This document shows, in pieces, positions 48,759 to 58,204 of a stretch of DNA of 64,000 nt. Position 1 is the stretch's first letter; the number at the start of each line of letters is the position of its first letter. Source of the stretch: Geopsychrobacteraceae bacterium. GTDB taxonomy: Bacteria; Desulfobacterota; Desulfuromonadia; Desulfuromonadales; Geopsychrobacteraceae. Both the position numbers and the translations under genes were made by a program. The notes beneath the pieces were generated by a model. That model was not told the origin of the DNA and ran no database searches. It saw only the letters and a list, made by a program, of their open reading frames with translations. The stretch spans positions 2,624,001 to 2,688,000 of the forward strand of contig OY759353.1 in the NCBI GenBank assembly GCA_963662315.1, written 5' to 3'.

Positions 48759-49429
48759 GGTTCCTGTCTCGCTTCACGCAGCCAGAGAGTGAGTTTGACA
48801 GCGTGAGATCGATCATAATAAATAATTTCTTCCGGCAATCTGAAGCCGGAGTGATCGCCATAGGCATTATACTGGACACGCCAGCTTTGTTCCCCTAGGG
48901 TGCCAAACAACAGACGTAAATCACCGTGACAATCAAAAGTGAATCGAACCTGTTGCGCTCCACTATGCACAGAGATACGCTGGAGATTCTCCGCAACATT
49001 AATAGCATCGCTGTCACTGAGCTCCGGCTGCAGAAACATTCTGCGCAAACTTAAAGCGATACCGTCAGCAAACCCGGCCCGATCTTTCAACTGCGGGATA
49101 GCCCGAACCAGCTGACTGGTTTCAGCACTGACCTGAAGATCGAACAGCACCAGTCCGATTTCGTTCAAAGCCACCAGCCGAGCGCTACGCTGTTTGAGAT
49201 CAAGACGTAAAAAACCTTCCAGGGGAATTTTTTTCATGCCGATTTCCAGCAAGGCCCCCTGCCGTAAGCGCCAGATATTCTGCCCCTGTAACCATTGACC
49301 AGAACGCAATTGGCCTGTGGTGAAATGGCCCTGACAGCCCGTAGGCAGCTGTTGCGATGGCAACGACGGCGCACAGGCCGTCGTTACTAGCAGGACGAAC
49401 AACCACAACCACAACCACAACCAGCGCAT
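48755..49429 (-). CDS. Lipoprotein (DUF3261/ApeN-like)
   Basis: Lipobox-like TTAC after hydrophobic signal; position after MMPL matches APE clusters. Confidence 0.6.
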   Translation of the reverse strand: MRWLWLWLWLFVLLVTTACAPSLPSQQLPTGCQGHFTTGQLRSGQWLQGQNIWRLRQGALLEIGMKKIPLEGFLRLDLKQRSARLVALNEIGLVLFDLQVSAETSQLVRAIPQLKDRAGFADGIALSLRRMFLQPELSDSDAINVAENLQRISVHSGAQQVRFTFDCHGDLRLLFGTLGEQSWRVQYNAYGDHSGFRLPEEIIYYDRSHAVKLTLWLREARQEP

Positions 49430-49430
49430 A

Positions 49431-51803
49431 TTACAGTCTCTTCAAGCGGATAGCCGGAATCACCAGTACGGCAGTCGGAACCGCTGCGGCAATCCCGAGT
49501 AAAACGGTGATACCGATAGAATTCATGGCCGGATGACGAGCGATAACCAGCGCTCCGAAACCGACCAGGGTCGTCAAGCCCGAAACCAGCACCGCACGGC
49601 TTGAAGCCAGATCCTCTACCTGACGACTGTGGCAGGTCATAAAAATACCGTAATCGACCCCCAGGCCGATAATCAGAATCGATGCCACGACATTAAACAA
49701 ATTCATCTCCAGGCCCAGCCAGGTCATCCCGCCAAACATGAACAGCAACCCGGATAAAACCGGCAGAATCGCCAGCAGCACATCAGACAGCTTCCGGAAC
49801 AACACGACCAATAACACCAGGACAACCAGCCCGGAAATACTGATAAACTGACTGAAATCAACAGCTATGGCATGGCTGAGCTGATGACCAAAACGGCTCT
49901 GCGATACCAGGGTCACCCCGGGGATCTGCTTTAATGCTTTATCCACCTGCGCAATCACTTCCGGTTGGTCGGGAATCAGTGTCAGTACCCGAGCACCATC
50001 AGTGTCCAACTGAACATAATTTTCGAGCAAAGGAGCCAATCCCCACGATGCTAAAGTGTCCAGCGTCAGCACCTGAGGTTCGTGCTGCAACCGCGCAAAA
50101 AATGGTGTAAACGCCTGGGAAGAAAAGCCATATTTCCTCCCGGCATCCTCGAGTAGGGTTTGCGCAAGCCCTTGTTCCTGGCTCCAGTAAGCCTGCCATT
50201 GCTCAGCATTTTGCCGCTGCGTCCGGGCCGATAACAATAACGGGGTCAGCCCGACACTGGCCTTGTCCAGGTGCTGATCTCTCAGAATCTGCCAGACCTG
50301 TTCACTGTGTTGTAATGCGGTTTCAAGATCCCGTGCGGCAGCAAAAATCATGGCTCGTCCACGCATGTTACCCCAGTGATCAGCCAACGCCTGTTCTGCC
50401 TGACTGAGCTCAGGAGGGACATAACTCAGCCGTTTTAACTCGCCGTTAATACTAAGATTCTGGGCCTGAATGGCACTAAAAGCCATAACTATCAGCCACC
50501 CGCCGAGGACCAACCAGCGTAATCTGGGACGACGCTCAAACAAATGGCGGCGAAAGCGCTGTGGCTGCCAACCGGTCGGCTCATTTTTACCGATAAAGTG
50601 CGGTAATACCAGCAACGCCAGAATCAGCGCGGCAACAATTCCGCCAACTGCGAATACTGCTAACTGCCGCTGTCCCGGTAATTCCGAGCGCAACAGAACG
50701 GCAAAAGCAACCAGAGTTGTCAAACCACCAAACAGAACCGGCCTGGATAGGGCAACCAACAGTTCCTTGCGCGACCCGCTGCCATGCCGCAAGGCAAAAT
50801 AGACGTGCAAACCGTAGTCGATGGTGATCCCCAGCAACACCGCGCCAAAGCCGATGGTAATGCCTGACAACGGCGTATAAAACAGTGCTGTGACCAGCAA
50901 ACCGACCACCATACTGACAAAGGGGAGCAGAAAAACAGCCAAAGCCTGCCAGCGGCGCAAAAAAATCACAAAAATCAGCAGCAAGCCTAGCCCTGACACC
51001 AACAGGACCCGGTTCATATCGGACTTGATGATCTGTGTATTTGCCAGCGTATAAGGGTGACCGCTTAACAGGGTCGCAGAAATCCCTTGGGGTAATCCCG
51101 CCCTGGCCAAGCGAAAACCATCAAGTAATTGTTTGCTGCCATCCGGATCGGTAATGACGATATCCGTATCCGCCAGAATCAACGTGCTCCGGCGATCCTC
51201 ACTTAAAAAACTGCCCTGCTCAATACGCACCCCGGGCAACGGGTTAATATACATCAGCTTCTGCAGCGCCAGTCCATTCAGCCCAAGCGGATCAGACTGG
51301 ATCTGCTGTTTCATTGCGATCCCCTGGGGTTGCATCAACATGGCCAGATTTTCAGCCATCTGCCGATCGACCTGCCCAGGGGTCAGCTTTTCTGCAACCA
51401 GCGCCAGATCTGACTCATCGGCCAATACCGGCAGGTAGACTGGCAGTTGCTGCAACAACTGAAAATTCTGGAGATTACCCGGCCCGCTCTGAACGTTTTT
51501 AAACAGTTCTTTGGGCAGCAGTAAACTCAAACGCTGGGTACCGCTGATCAGCTGTTTTTCACTGACACCATCTGCGGCCTGAAGCAAAATAACCAGCTTG
51601 CGTGCAAAAGGGGTTTTCTGCAGCAGGTCAAAATCACGTTTTACCTGCAGATTACCGTCAGGCAGCATGGCAACAATACTGTCTGCCACCGGGACTCTCG
51701 CCAGATATCCTGCGGCCGCCAGAACAATCAGTAAACAGCCCAATACCAGCCAACCACGCCGTGACTCAAGGGCCTGATAACAAACCGCGATAAATTTCAT
51801 CAA
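49431..51803 (-). CDS. MMPL/RND family lipid exporter (ApeM-like)
   Basis: Two repeats of TM bundle with GITIDYG and GLGVDYG motifs. Confidence 0.9.
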   Translation of the reverse strand: MMKFIAVCYQALESRRGWLVLGCLLIVLAAAGYLARVPVADSIVAMLPDGNLQVKRDFDLLQKTPFARKLVILLQAADGVSEKQLISGTQRLSLLLPKELFKNVQSGPGNLQNFQLLQQLPVYLPVLADESDLALVAEKLTPGQVDRQMAENLAMLMQPQGIAMKQQIQSDPLGLNGLALQKLMYINPLPGVRIEQGSFLSEDRRSTLILADTDIVITDPDGSKQLLDGFRLARAGLPQGISATLLSGHPYTLANTQIIKSDMNRVLLVSGLGLLLIFVIFLRRWQALAVFLLPFVSMVVGLLVTALFYTPLSGITIGFGAVLLGITIDYGLHVYFALRHGSGSRKELLVALSRPVLFGGLTTLVAFAVLLRSELPGQRQLAVFAVGGIVAALILALLVLPHFIGKNEPTGWQPQRFRRHLFERRPRLRWLVLGGWLIVMAFSAIQAQNLSINGELKRLSYVPPELSQAEQALADHWGNMRGRAMIFAAARDLETALQHSEQVWQILRDQHLDKASVGLTPLLLSARTQRQNAEQWQAYWSQEQGLAQTLLEDAGRKYGFSSQAFTPFFARLQHEPQVLTLDTLASWGLAPLLENYVQLDTDGARVLTLIPDQPEVIAQVDKALKQIPGVTLVSQSRFGHQLSHAIAVDFSQFISISGLVVLVLLVVLFRKLSDVLLAILPVLSGLLFMFGGMTWLGLEMNLFNVVASILIIGLGVDYGIFMTCHSRQVEDLASSRAVLVSGLTTLVGFGALVIARHPAMNSIGITVLLGIAAAVPTAVLVIPAIRLKRL

Positions 51804-52438
51804 AAGACCGGTGCGCTAAAAACAGCTTCGGGCAGTGTGCCGTTAATTACAACATTGATAAACTTGAGCACAGTGCTGTCGCCGCTTTGCTCAGCGAGAA
51901 CAACCTGCTCAACATAACTGCGATCCGTAGAGAAGGTGACCTCCAGATGGTTGATAAAGCCCGCTTCCCCCTGATCACGCGGTGTCAACTGCAGACTTAA
52001 GGGAACTTCACTTGTCAGTTCCATGCGGTAATGAGCGTCCAGCCAGTCAAGGTCAACCCTGGCCCAAGCCAGCAGTTGCTGGGCAACCATCCCCATAACC
52101 GGATCCCGATCAACGGAATAATTTTCGACCGTTTGACTCAGACTGTTCCAGCGTTCTCCCTGCTGCCCGCGCAAGACAAACCCGGACGCTATCGGAGTGA
52201 GCAGTTCCCAGCGCAAATTATCCGGTTTGCGATAAGCAAAGCGTCCTTTGGACACCAGCGTTTCAGACATTATCGACAGATTTTTTTCCTGGACAAAATC
52301 ACTGAGCAGGGTCTCGGTGTGACCGGCAGCAATCTTTATCTCGGCAAAAATATCATTCAGCTCTGCGGCCCAAAGGGGAGTAATCCACCCTCCACACAGG
52401 GTTATCAACAGAGTTATCCACAAAAATCGTTTAATCAT
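51800..52438 (-). CDS. LolA-like periplasmic lipid carrier (ApeL-like)
   Basis: Signal peptide; FVQEK, SKG.F....P..LRWE...P. Confidence 0.85.
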   Translation of the reverse strand: MIKRFLWITLLITLCGGWITPLWAAELNDIFAEIKIAAGHTETLLSDFVQEKNLSIMSETLVSKGRFAYRKPDNLRWELLTPIASGFVLRGQQGERWNSLSQTVENYSVDRDPVMGMVAQQLLAWARVDLDWLDAHYRMELTSEVPLSLQLTPRDQGEAGFINHLEVTFSTDRSYVEQVVLAEQSGDSTVLKFINVVINGTLPEAVFSAPVF

Positions 52439-52476
52439 TATGTTTACGCTTTTCTTAATCTGCAAACTTTAAACTA

Positions 52477-52908
52477 TCAACCTTCCTGGACCCAGACCTT
52501 GATCTCCCCGGAGGCGAGCAACTCGCCTTCACACCAGACTTCCCCTTCCGCAACAGCAAAATCGTCCAGGATTGTTACCGTCCGGGTCTTGATCCGGAGC
52601 AATTTTCCGGCATTTACAGCGCCTGAGCATTCAATCTTCTTCACCCCGACCAGCAGCCCCCGCCGCACCCCCAAGCCAGCGAGCCGATCCGAATAACCGC
52701 GGAAGACAGCATACCCCTGGGCGATCAGTTCGACCAGAGCGACGGGATCAAGAAAGCCCTCGGAACTGACCAGAGGATGATCCCCGGCAATAACCGTCTC
52801 AACGACACCACTCGTCTCATCACAAGCGAGCAACTGCTCGACCAGCCGCATGGGCTGGCGATGAGGCACAAGTTGTGCGGCGTCCATGGGTAAAGACAGG
52901 GGGGACAT
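52477..52908 (-). CDS. 3-hydroxyacyl-ACP dehydratase (ApeP-like hotdog)
   Basis: LVPHRQPMRLV, VELIAQ, GLLVG. Confidence 0.85.
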   Translation of the reverse strand: MSPLSLPMDAAQLVPHRQPMRLVEQLLACDETSGVVETVIAGDHPLVSSEGFLDPVALVELIAQGYAVFRGYSDRLAGLGVRRGLLVGVKKIECSGAVNAGKLLRIKTRTVTILDDFAVAEGEVWCEGELLASGEIKVWVQEG

Positions 52909-54500
52909 TACTCGCTCCAGTAAGAACTCAGATCATCAAAAATCTGGCTGGAAAACAGCAGTTTCCGGAACCGGACCAGATCCTCATGAAAAATCCGGCT
53001 GTTATCGTAAACGCTGAACTCCTGGTTGAGCAGTTCATAAATTTTTGCCGTACCACGGCCAAGGCGATCTGCGTGACCAAATGACAGGGCCTGCAGATCA
53101 GCAAGAATTTCAAGGGTAACAATGTGTTTGGCATTACTGACCGACTTGAACGCCTTGCGAGCCGCAACGGTTCCCATGCTGACAACATCCTGATTGGAAG
53201 CGTTACAGCTGATGGAGTTAGTGCTCACCGGGTTGGCCAGCTGGCGGTTTTCAGCCGTGGTTGAGGTGGCCAGATACTGAGCACCCATGAAGCCCATGGT
53301 CAGTCCCAGGGTTCCGGGGATCAGGAATTCAGGCAGTCCTTCATTCAGATTACGATCAAGGTATTTATTGGTCCGCCGTTCCGACAGCGTACACAGAGTC
53401 GCCAGCGCAACGCAGAGCATATCCATGGTAAAACCGATACTCTGCCCATGGAAATTCCCCCCGTGGATAATCTTCTTTTTCTCCGGAATAATGATCGGAT
53501 TATCGTTGGACGAATTGGCTTCCGTTTCAACCACCCGCACCGCTTCTTCAATCGCTTCAGCAACCGGCGCCAGGATCTGGGGCGTACAACGCACCGAATA
53601 GACATCCTGAACATTGATGGAGGTTTCAAACACCGGACCGTCGGCCGTCTTCTGCTGACGAATCAGGTCATGCATCTCCGAGCGCAGTGTGATATTGCCG
53701 GAGCCTTCATACAGTTTGCGGATGGTATCCGCGACCAGCAACTGTCCACGGTGGGGTTTGACCAGATGCAGATCTTCATCAAAGGCATCGTCGATACCAC
53801 CGAAGATCTCAATGGCAAAAGCCCCGGTCACGCAGCTGATGTTAAGCAGTTTCCTGGCACCGAAAATGGCGAAGGCAGCTAATGCCGTCATAGCGCTGGT
53901 GCCATTCATCAGCGCGATCCCTTCTTTGAATTTCAACGCCAGCGGGGATCGCCCCAACTGCTGGTAAACCTCACCGGCCGGTCGCAGTTCCCCTTGATAA
54001 TAAACCTGCCCTTCGCCAATCACCGCCAGGGCCAGATGCGCCAGATGGATCAGGTCACCAGAGGCTCCAACTGAACCACACTCCGGAATGTAGGCCGCAA
54101 CCCGCTCGTTGATCAGCCACTGCATATGCTCCAGAAGCTCAACCCGGACACCGCTGTAACCTTTGACCAAGGTATTCAGACGCACTGCCATTACCGCTAT
54201 GGCAATATAATCTTTGAGGGGATCTCCGAGTCCGGCCGCGTGACTGCGAATCAGGTTGACCTGCAGCTCTTCAATCTGCTCGTCATCGATAATTTTGTTG
54301 CACATCGGCCCGAAGGAGGTGTTGACCCCGTAAATAACCCGCTTGGCAGCAACTTCCTGCTCTAGGAAGGAACGGCTGTCCTGACAGCGTTTTACCGCTT
54401 CTGGATCAAGAGCAACCTGCTTATCACCAATACCGATAGCAACAATATCTGTGGCAGTCAGATCATAACCATTAAGAAAAACTGTGGGACGTGTATCCAT
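52908..54500 (-). CDS. Aromatic amino acid ammonia-lyase, probably tyrosine ammonia-lyase
   Basis: YGVNT.FG, MIO tripeptide in GASGDL, NGT, YSVRC, DNP, GGNFHG, NQDVVSMG. Confidence 0.88.
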   Translation of the reverse strand: MDTRPTVFLNGYDLTATDIVAIGIGDKQVALDPEAVKRCQDSRSFLEQEVAAKRVIYGVNTSFGPMCNKIIDDEQIEELQVNLIRSHAAGLGDPLKDYIAIAVMAVRLNTLVKGYSGVRVELLEHMQWLINERVAAYIPECGSVGASGDLIHLAHLALAVIGEGQVYYQGELRPAGEVYQQLGRSPLALKFKEGIALMNGTSAMTALAAFAIFGARKLLNISCVTGAFAIEIFGGIDDAFDEDLHLVKPHRGQLLVADTIRKLYEGSGNITLRSEMHDLIRQQKTADGPVFETSINVQDVYSVRCTPQILAPVAEAIEEAVRVVETEANSSNDNPIIIPEKKKIIHGGNFHGQSIGFTMDMLCVALATLCTLSERRTNKYLDRNLNEGLPEFLIPGTLGLTMGFMGAQYLATSTTAENRQLANPVSTNSISCNASNQDVVSMGTVAARKAFKSVSNAKHIVTLEILADLQALSFGHADRLGRGTAKIYELLNQEFSVYDNSRIFHEDLVRFRKLLFSSQIFDDLSSYWSE

Positions 54501-54612
54501 TTTAGCTGCTTTCCTTTGCAAGGGCCAGAAGGCTGTCAGGCGTTATGAATCGGCAATATAGACCCATCATAATGTTTTGCGATAGATCCATGTAATGACC
54601 GACAGCCTCCTA

Positions 54613-55890
54613 TTAGCGATAATCAAAAAAAGTGACCGGTTTGCGTTTATCAGGCTGAATGATGCGGGCCTGAATTTCTTCCGGAGTAACCAGCACGACT
54701 TCCGGCTTGACGCGTGTCTTGGCGGCGATAACTGCAGCGACCTGCTCAGCGTTAAGATCACCACTGGAGCCAACGACGACTCTCAAACGATCAGACAAAT
54801 CAAATTCACGATAAACTTCCAGATAGTGCCCCTGCACCCCCGGCAAGGTCATCAGAGCGCTGCCAATCGCCGCAGGAAACAGAGTCGTCCCACGACACTT
54901 AAGCATATGAGCCCGACGGCCAAGGATCGGTCCGAGCCGCGGCGTATTACGCCCACAGGAGCAGGGTTCACTATGCAGTGTCGCAATATCACCGGTCCGA
55001 TAACGCAACAGCGGTGTCCCCTCTATGCCAAGGGGGGTGGCCACAACTTCGCCGGCTTCACCCACCGCGACAGCCTTCCCCTGCTCATCAACAATTTCAA
55101 TGACAATCAGCTCAGGCGGCAGGTGGCCACCGCGACCGGCAGAGCAGTCACAAAACGAGGTAGCCATTTCGGTACTGGCGTAGGTTCCGTAAATGCCCGC
55201 TCCCCAGCTGGCAGCCAATTTCTGTCCCAAGGGAGACAGGCTCAAATCTGCATTGCGCACCGGTTCACCGATACAGACAATTTTTTCAACGCCAAAGGAC
55301 AACAGGTTGTCGCCATGTTTTTCCAGCATGCGCCCTAGAGCGAGAAACAGACTGGGAACACCGACCAGAACATTGGGACGATAGCGCCGCACAAATTCAG
55401 CGACCAGCATCAGCTGACCAGAACCACTGCGAATGACCGTCGCGCCAATTTTACGCAAGCCCAGAAAATAGGCCAAACCGGCCATAAAGGCACGGTCCAG
55501 AGCGGCACCGATCATCACCCGATCGTGACGGGAAATACCGGCCAGACTAAAGGCCTGAAATTCATTGGTGGTCAAGCGCTGTAAATCTTTTTCCGTCTGC
55601 CAGAACGCAACCGGTTCACCTGTCGTTCCTGAAGTTTGGCACACATCGACGACCAGCTCCTCGGGGACAGCGAGAAACTGATCATTAGCCAGGGTCAAAT
55701 CCTGTTTGCTGGTCAGCGGCAAACACGCCAGATCGGAAAGACTCTGCAGATCTTCCGTGCCAAACCCGATTCCCGCCAACCTGGATTGATAAAATGGTGA
55801 TGCCTGCGCAATAAACGCAATATGTTCTTTAAGTAACTTGAACTGCGCAGCATTGATCGTTGTCAGTTCAGCATAGGGATCTATCATCAC
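54613..55890 (-). CDS. Phenylacetate-CoA ligase family (aryl-CoA/ACP ligase)
   Basis: TSGTTG, YASTE, PLLRYRTGD, GR; adjacent to the ammonia-lyase. Confidence 0.87.
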   Translation of the reverse strand: MMIDPYAELTTINAAQFKLLKEHIAFIAQASPFYQSRLAGIGFGTEDLQSLSDLACLPLTSKQDLTLANDQFLAVPEELVVDVCQTSGTTGEPVAFWQTEKDLQRLTTNEFQAFSLAGISRHDRVMIGAALDRAFMAGLAYFLGLRKIGATVIRSGSGQLMLVAEFVRRYRPNVLVGVPSLFLALGRMLEKHGDNLLSFGVEKIVCIGEPVRNADLSLSPLGQKLAASWGAGIYGTYASTEMATSFCDCSAGRGGHLPPELIVIEIVDEQGKAVAVGEAGEVVATPLGIEGTPLLRYRTGDIATLHSEPCSCGRNTPRLGPILGRRAHMLKCRGTTLFPAAIGSALMTLPGVQGHYLEVYREFDLSDRLRVVVGSSGDLNAEQVAAVIAAKTRVKPEVVLVTPEEIQARIIQPDKRKPVTFFDYR

Positions 55891-55891
55891 C

Positions 55892-56707
55892 TTAACCTTT
55901 TATAGTGCCGTCATCGGCACGCATCTCTTCAAGCGCTTCTGCCATGCGTTGTTTGACCAGTTTGCGCAGCTGTACATGGCCGCTGTCACCGGAAAAGGAC
56001 CTGCTATCCACGGCATCAAGAGCCCGCAAGGTCACCCGGCAGGGCCGTAACCCTTTGCGGCCTGGGGGTAACAGCTGATCAGTGCCCTGGATGCACAGGG
56101 GAATGACCGGCACTCCTGCATCAATGGCCACCTTGAAGCCGCCAGAATAAAAACGCTGTAATCGCCCATCGCGACTGCGATGTCCTTCGGGGAAAAACAG
56201 AACCGCCCCCCCCTGCTTAAAAGCCTTCTGACTGTCGCATGACACCTGATCCCAGCTGTTGCTTTCGACATCCAGATAGCGGGCCAACAGCATGAACTGG
56301 CGATACCAGAACATGCGAAACGGCCAGGATCGCACCGCAAAGGTAATATCATAGACGGGCAGCAAGGCCATGCAGTAGGTGTCGAAAAACGACAGGTGAT
56401 TAACGACAAACAGGCATGGTTTCCCGCGGGACAGATGCGTCATGTTTTCACGCCGAAACCGTACAAACGGTGACATCAGCAGCAACCAGCCACGTCCGTA
56501 AAGCCAGATGATCCAGCGCATGGTCCGGTCTGCCGGCATTTGCAGCCCAAAACAGCCAACCACATAGGCCACGGGAAACAGAACAATGCCGATGCAGGTC
56601 CAGACCACCATCAGGGGATAACACCAGAGATTCATCACTATTGTCAGTCCCGCCATCAGCGCCACCAGAACTCCTCTCTGACTACGGGCATTGCTCGCCA
56701 ATTCCAT
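55892..56707 (-). CDS. Lysophospholipid (PlsC-like) acyltransferase
   Basis: NHLSFFD (HX4D), FPEGHRS. Confidence 0.9.
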   Translation of the reverse strand: MELASNARSQRGVLVALMAGLTIVMNLWCYPLMVVWTCIGIVLFPVAYVVGCFGLQMPADRTMRWIIWLYGRGWLLLMSPFVRFRRENMTHLSRGKPCLFVVNHLSFFDTYCMALLPVYDITFAVRSWPFRMFWYRQFMLLARYLDVESNSWDQVSCDSQKAFKQGGAVLFFPEGHRSRDGRLQRFYSGGFKVAIDAGVPVIPLCIQGTDQLLPPGRKGLRPCRVTLRALDAVDSRSFSGDSGHVQLRKLVKQRMAEALEEMRADDGTIKG

Positions 56708-56718
56708 AACCGGTAGAA

Positions 56719-56976
56719 TCAGTTGTTCTGTTCTGCAATTTTATTCAGAACAAAGCTGTGGATATCCCCCAGGGTACGAATTGAACGCACCGATTCTTCT
56801 TCGCGAATCTTAAAATTGAAGGCCCCTTCAAGAACGATAACCATATCGACCGTATCAAGGCTATCGAGGCCAAGATCTTCATAAATATTGGCTTCCGGCG
56901 TCATATCTTCACGATCGAGTTCAAATTCCTCGGCGAGGCTCGAATCGATCAACTCAATTACTTCCTGTTCAGTCAT
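56719..56976 (-). CDS. Acyl carrier protein
   Basis: DLGLDSLDTVD; acidic ~85 aa. Confidence 0.93.
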   Translation of the reverse strand: MTEQEVIELIDSSLAEEFELDREDMTPEANIYEDLGLDSLDTVDMVIVLEGAFNFKIREEESVRSIRTLGDIHSFVLNKIAEQNN

Positions 56977-58204
56977 TGTCATAACTCCTTATGATGAGGG
57001 AGCAATTGATGCCTCCCATTGCAAAATTATTTTTCAGCACCAGGCGCGGTTTAAATTTCTGATTGCGATCCAGAATGGTAATTCCCCGACAGGCGTCATC
57101 AATATGGGCCAGGTTGCGGGTACCGACCACTTCCCCATTCTGCATCATGGCCAGCGTTGCAGCCAGCTCGATAGCGCCGCTGGCGGCCATGGTATGCCCC
57201 AGGTGCCCTTTTAAACTGCTGACCGGAACTTTATCACCAACCAGCCTCCTGATCGCTTCGGCCTCGGCCACATCCCCCTGGCGGGTTCCCGTTGCGTGAG
57301 CGTTAATATAGTCCAGCTCAGTCGCTTCAATCCCAGCATCGGCAATGGCCTGTTGCATGCACTCGTACATCGCTCCAACATCCGGATTGGCAATACTTGA
57401 CGTATCTGATGTTGTGGCAAACCCGACAATTTCGGCCAGAATCCGTGCTCCACGAGCCTGGGCCTGCTGCTTATTTTCGAGCAGCAGGATACCGCTCCCT
57501 TCACCGCAGACAATGCCATCGCGATCCTGGTCGAAGGGGCGCGGCGTGTCCTGCGGATGATCATTGTAACCGGTGGAAGCCGCATTCATGACATCAAATG
57601 TCCCGGTCGTCAACGGGTGCAATTCATCAGCGCCACCGCACAGCATAACATCCTGACGGCCGAAGGCGATCTGCTCATAGGCATAGCCGATGGCCTGGCA
57701 GCTGGTCGCACAGGCCGCAGAGGGAGCAAAAACCCGTCCGGTAATACCGAGGGACTGGGCAACATTAGCCGCGCAGGAGTGCCCCATAATCTGGAAAAAG
57801 AGGCCGGATTTCATGCGTTCCAAGCTGTAGTCACGAAAATAGTCAGCAAAAAAAGCCTCGGTTGTGGCGGTACTACCGAGAGTTGAGCCAATCATGACGC
57901 CGGTCCGCCCCGATGCCAGTTCGGCTTCGGGGAACCCCGCCATAGCCAAAGCCTGCTGACTGGCCAGATAGGCAAAAATAGACATGTTTGACATGGAACG
58001 CCGGATTTTACGTGGGATCAGCTTAGGATCAATATCGGCCACCTTGCATGCCAATTGAGAACGTAAGCCACCGACCTTGGTCAGTTCCTCAGCATAGCTC
58101 ACACCACTTTTACCCGCCAGCAGCGCAGCATACAAATCATCCATATGATGTCCGAGCGGGGTAACGACACCTGCTCCGGTAATAACCACAGAACCTAACG
58201 ACAT
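56969..58204 (-). CDS. Beta-ketoacyl-ACP synthase II (FabF-like)
   Basis: AACATS, NAHATGT, GHTMAASG, FAMGG. Confidence 0.92.
   Translation of the reverse strand: MSLGSVVITGAGVVTPLGHHMDDLYAALLAGKSGVSYAEELTKVGGLRSQLACKVADIDPKLIPRKIRRSMSNMSIFAYLASQQALAMAGFPEAELASGRTGVMIGSTLGSTATTEAFFADYFRDYSLERMKSGLFFQIMGHSCAANVAQSLGITGRVFAPSAACATSCQAIGYAYEQIAFGRQDVMLCGGADELHPLTTGTFDVMNAASTGYNDHPQDTPRPFDQDRDGIVCGEGSGILLLENKQQAQARGARILAEIVGFATTSDTSSIANPDVGAMYECMQQAIADAGIEATELDYINAHATGTRQGDVAEAEAIRRLVGDKVPVSSLKGHLGHTMAASGAIELAATLAMMQNGEVVGTRNLAHIDDACRGITILDRNQKFKPRLVLKNNFAMGGINCSLIIRSYDND

Noticed and set aside
52402..52422. Two tandem DnaA-box-like 9-mers (TTATCAACA, TTATCCACA)
   Set aside because: They lie within the lolA-like signal-peptide coding sequence, with no AT-rich unwinding element or dnaA/gidA context; probably coincidental.
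52908..54500. Histidine utilisation gene hutH
   Set aside because: No hutU/I/G nearby, NQD rather than NQED motif, and it is embedded in the biosynthetic operon.
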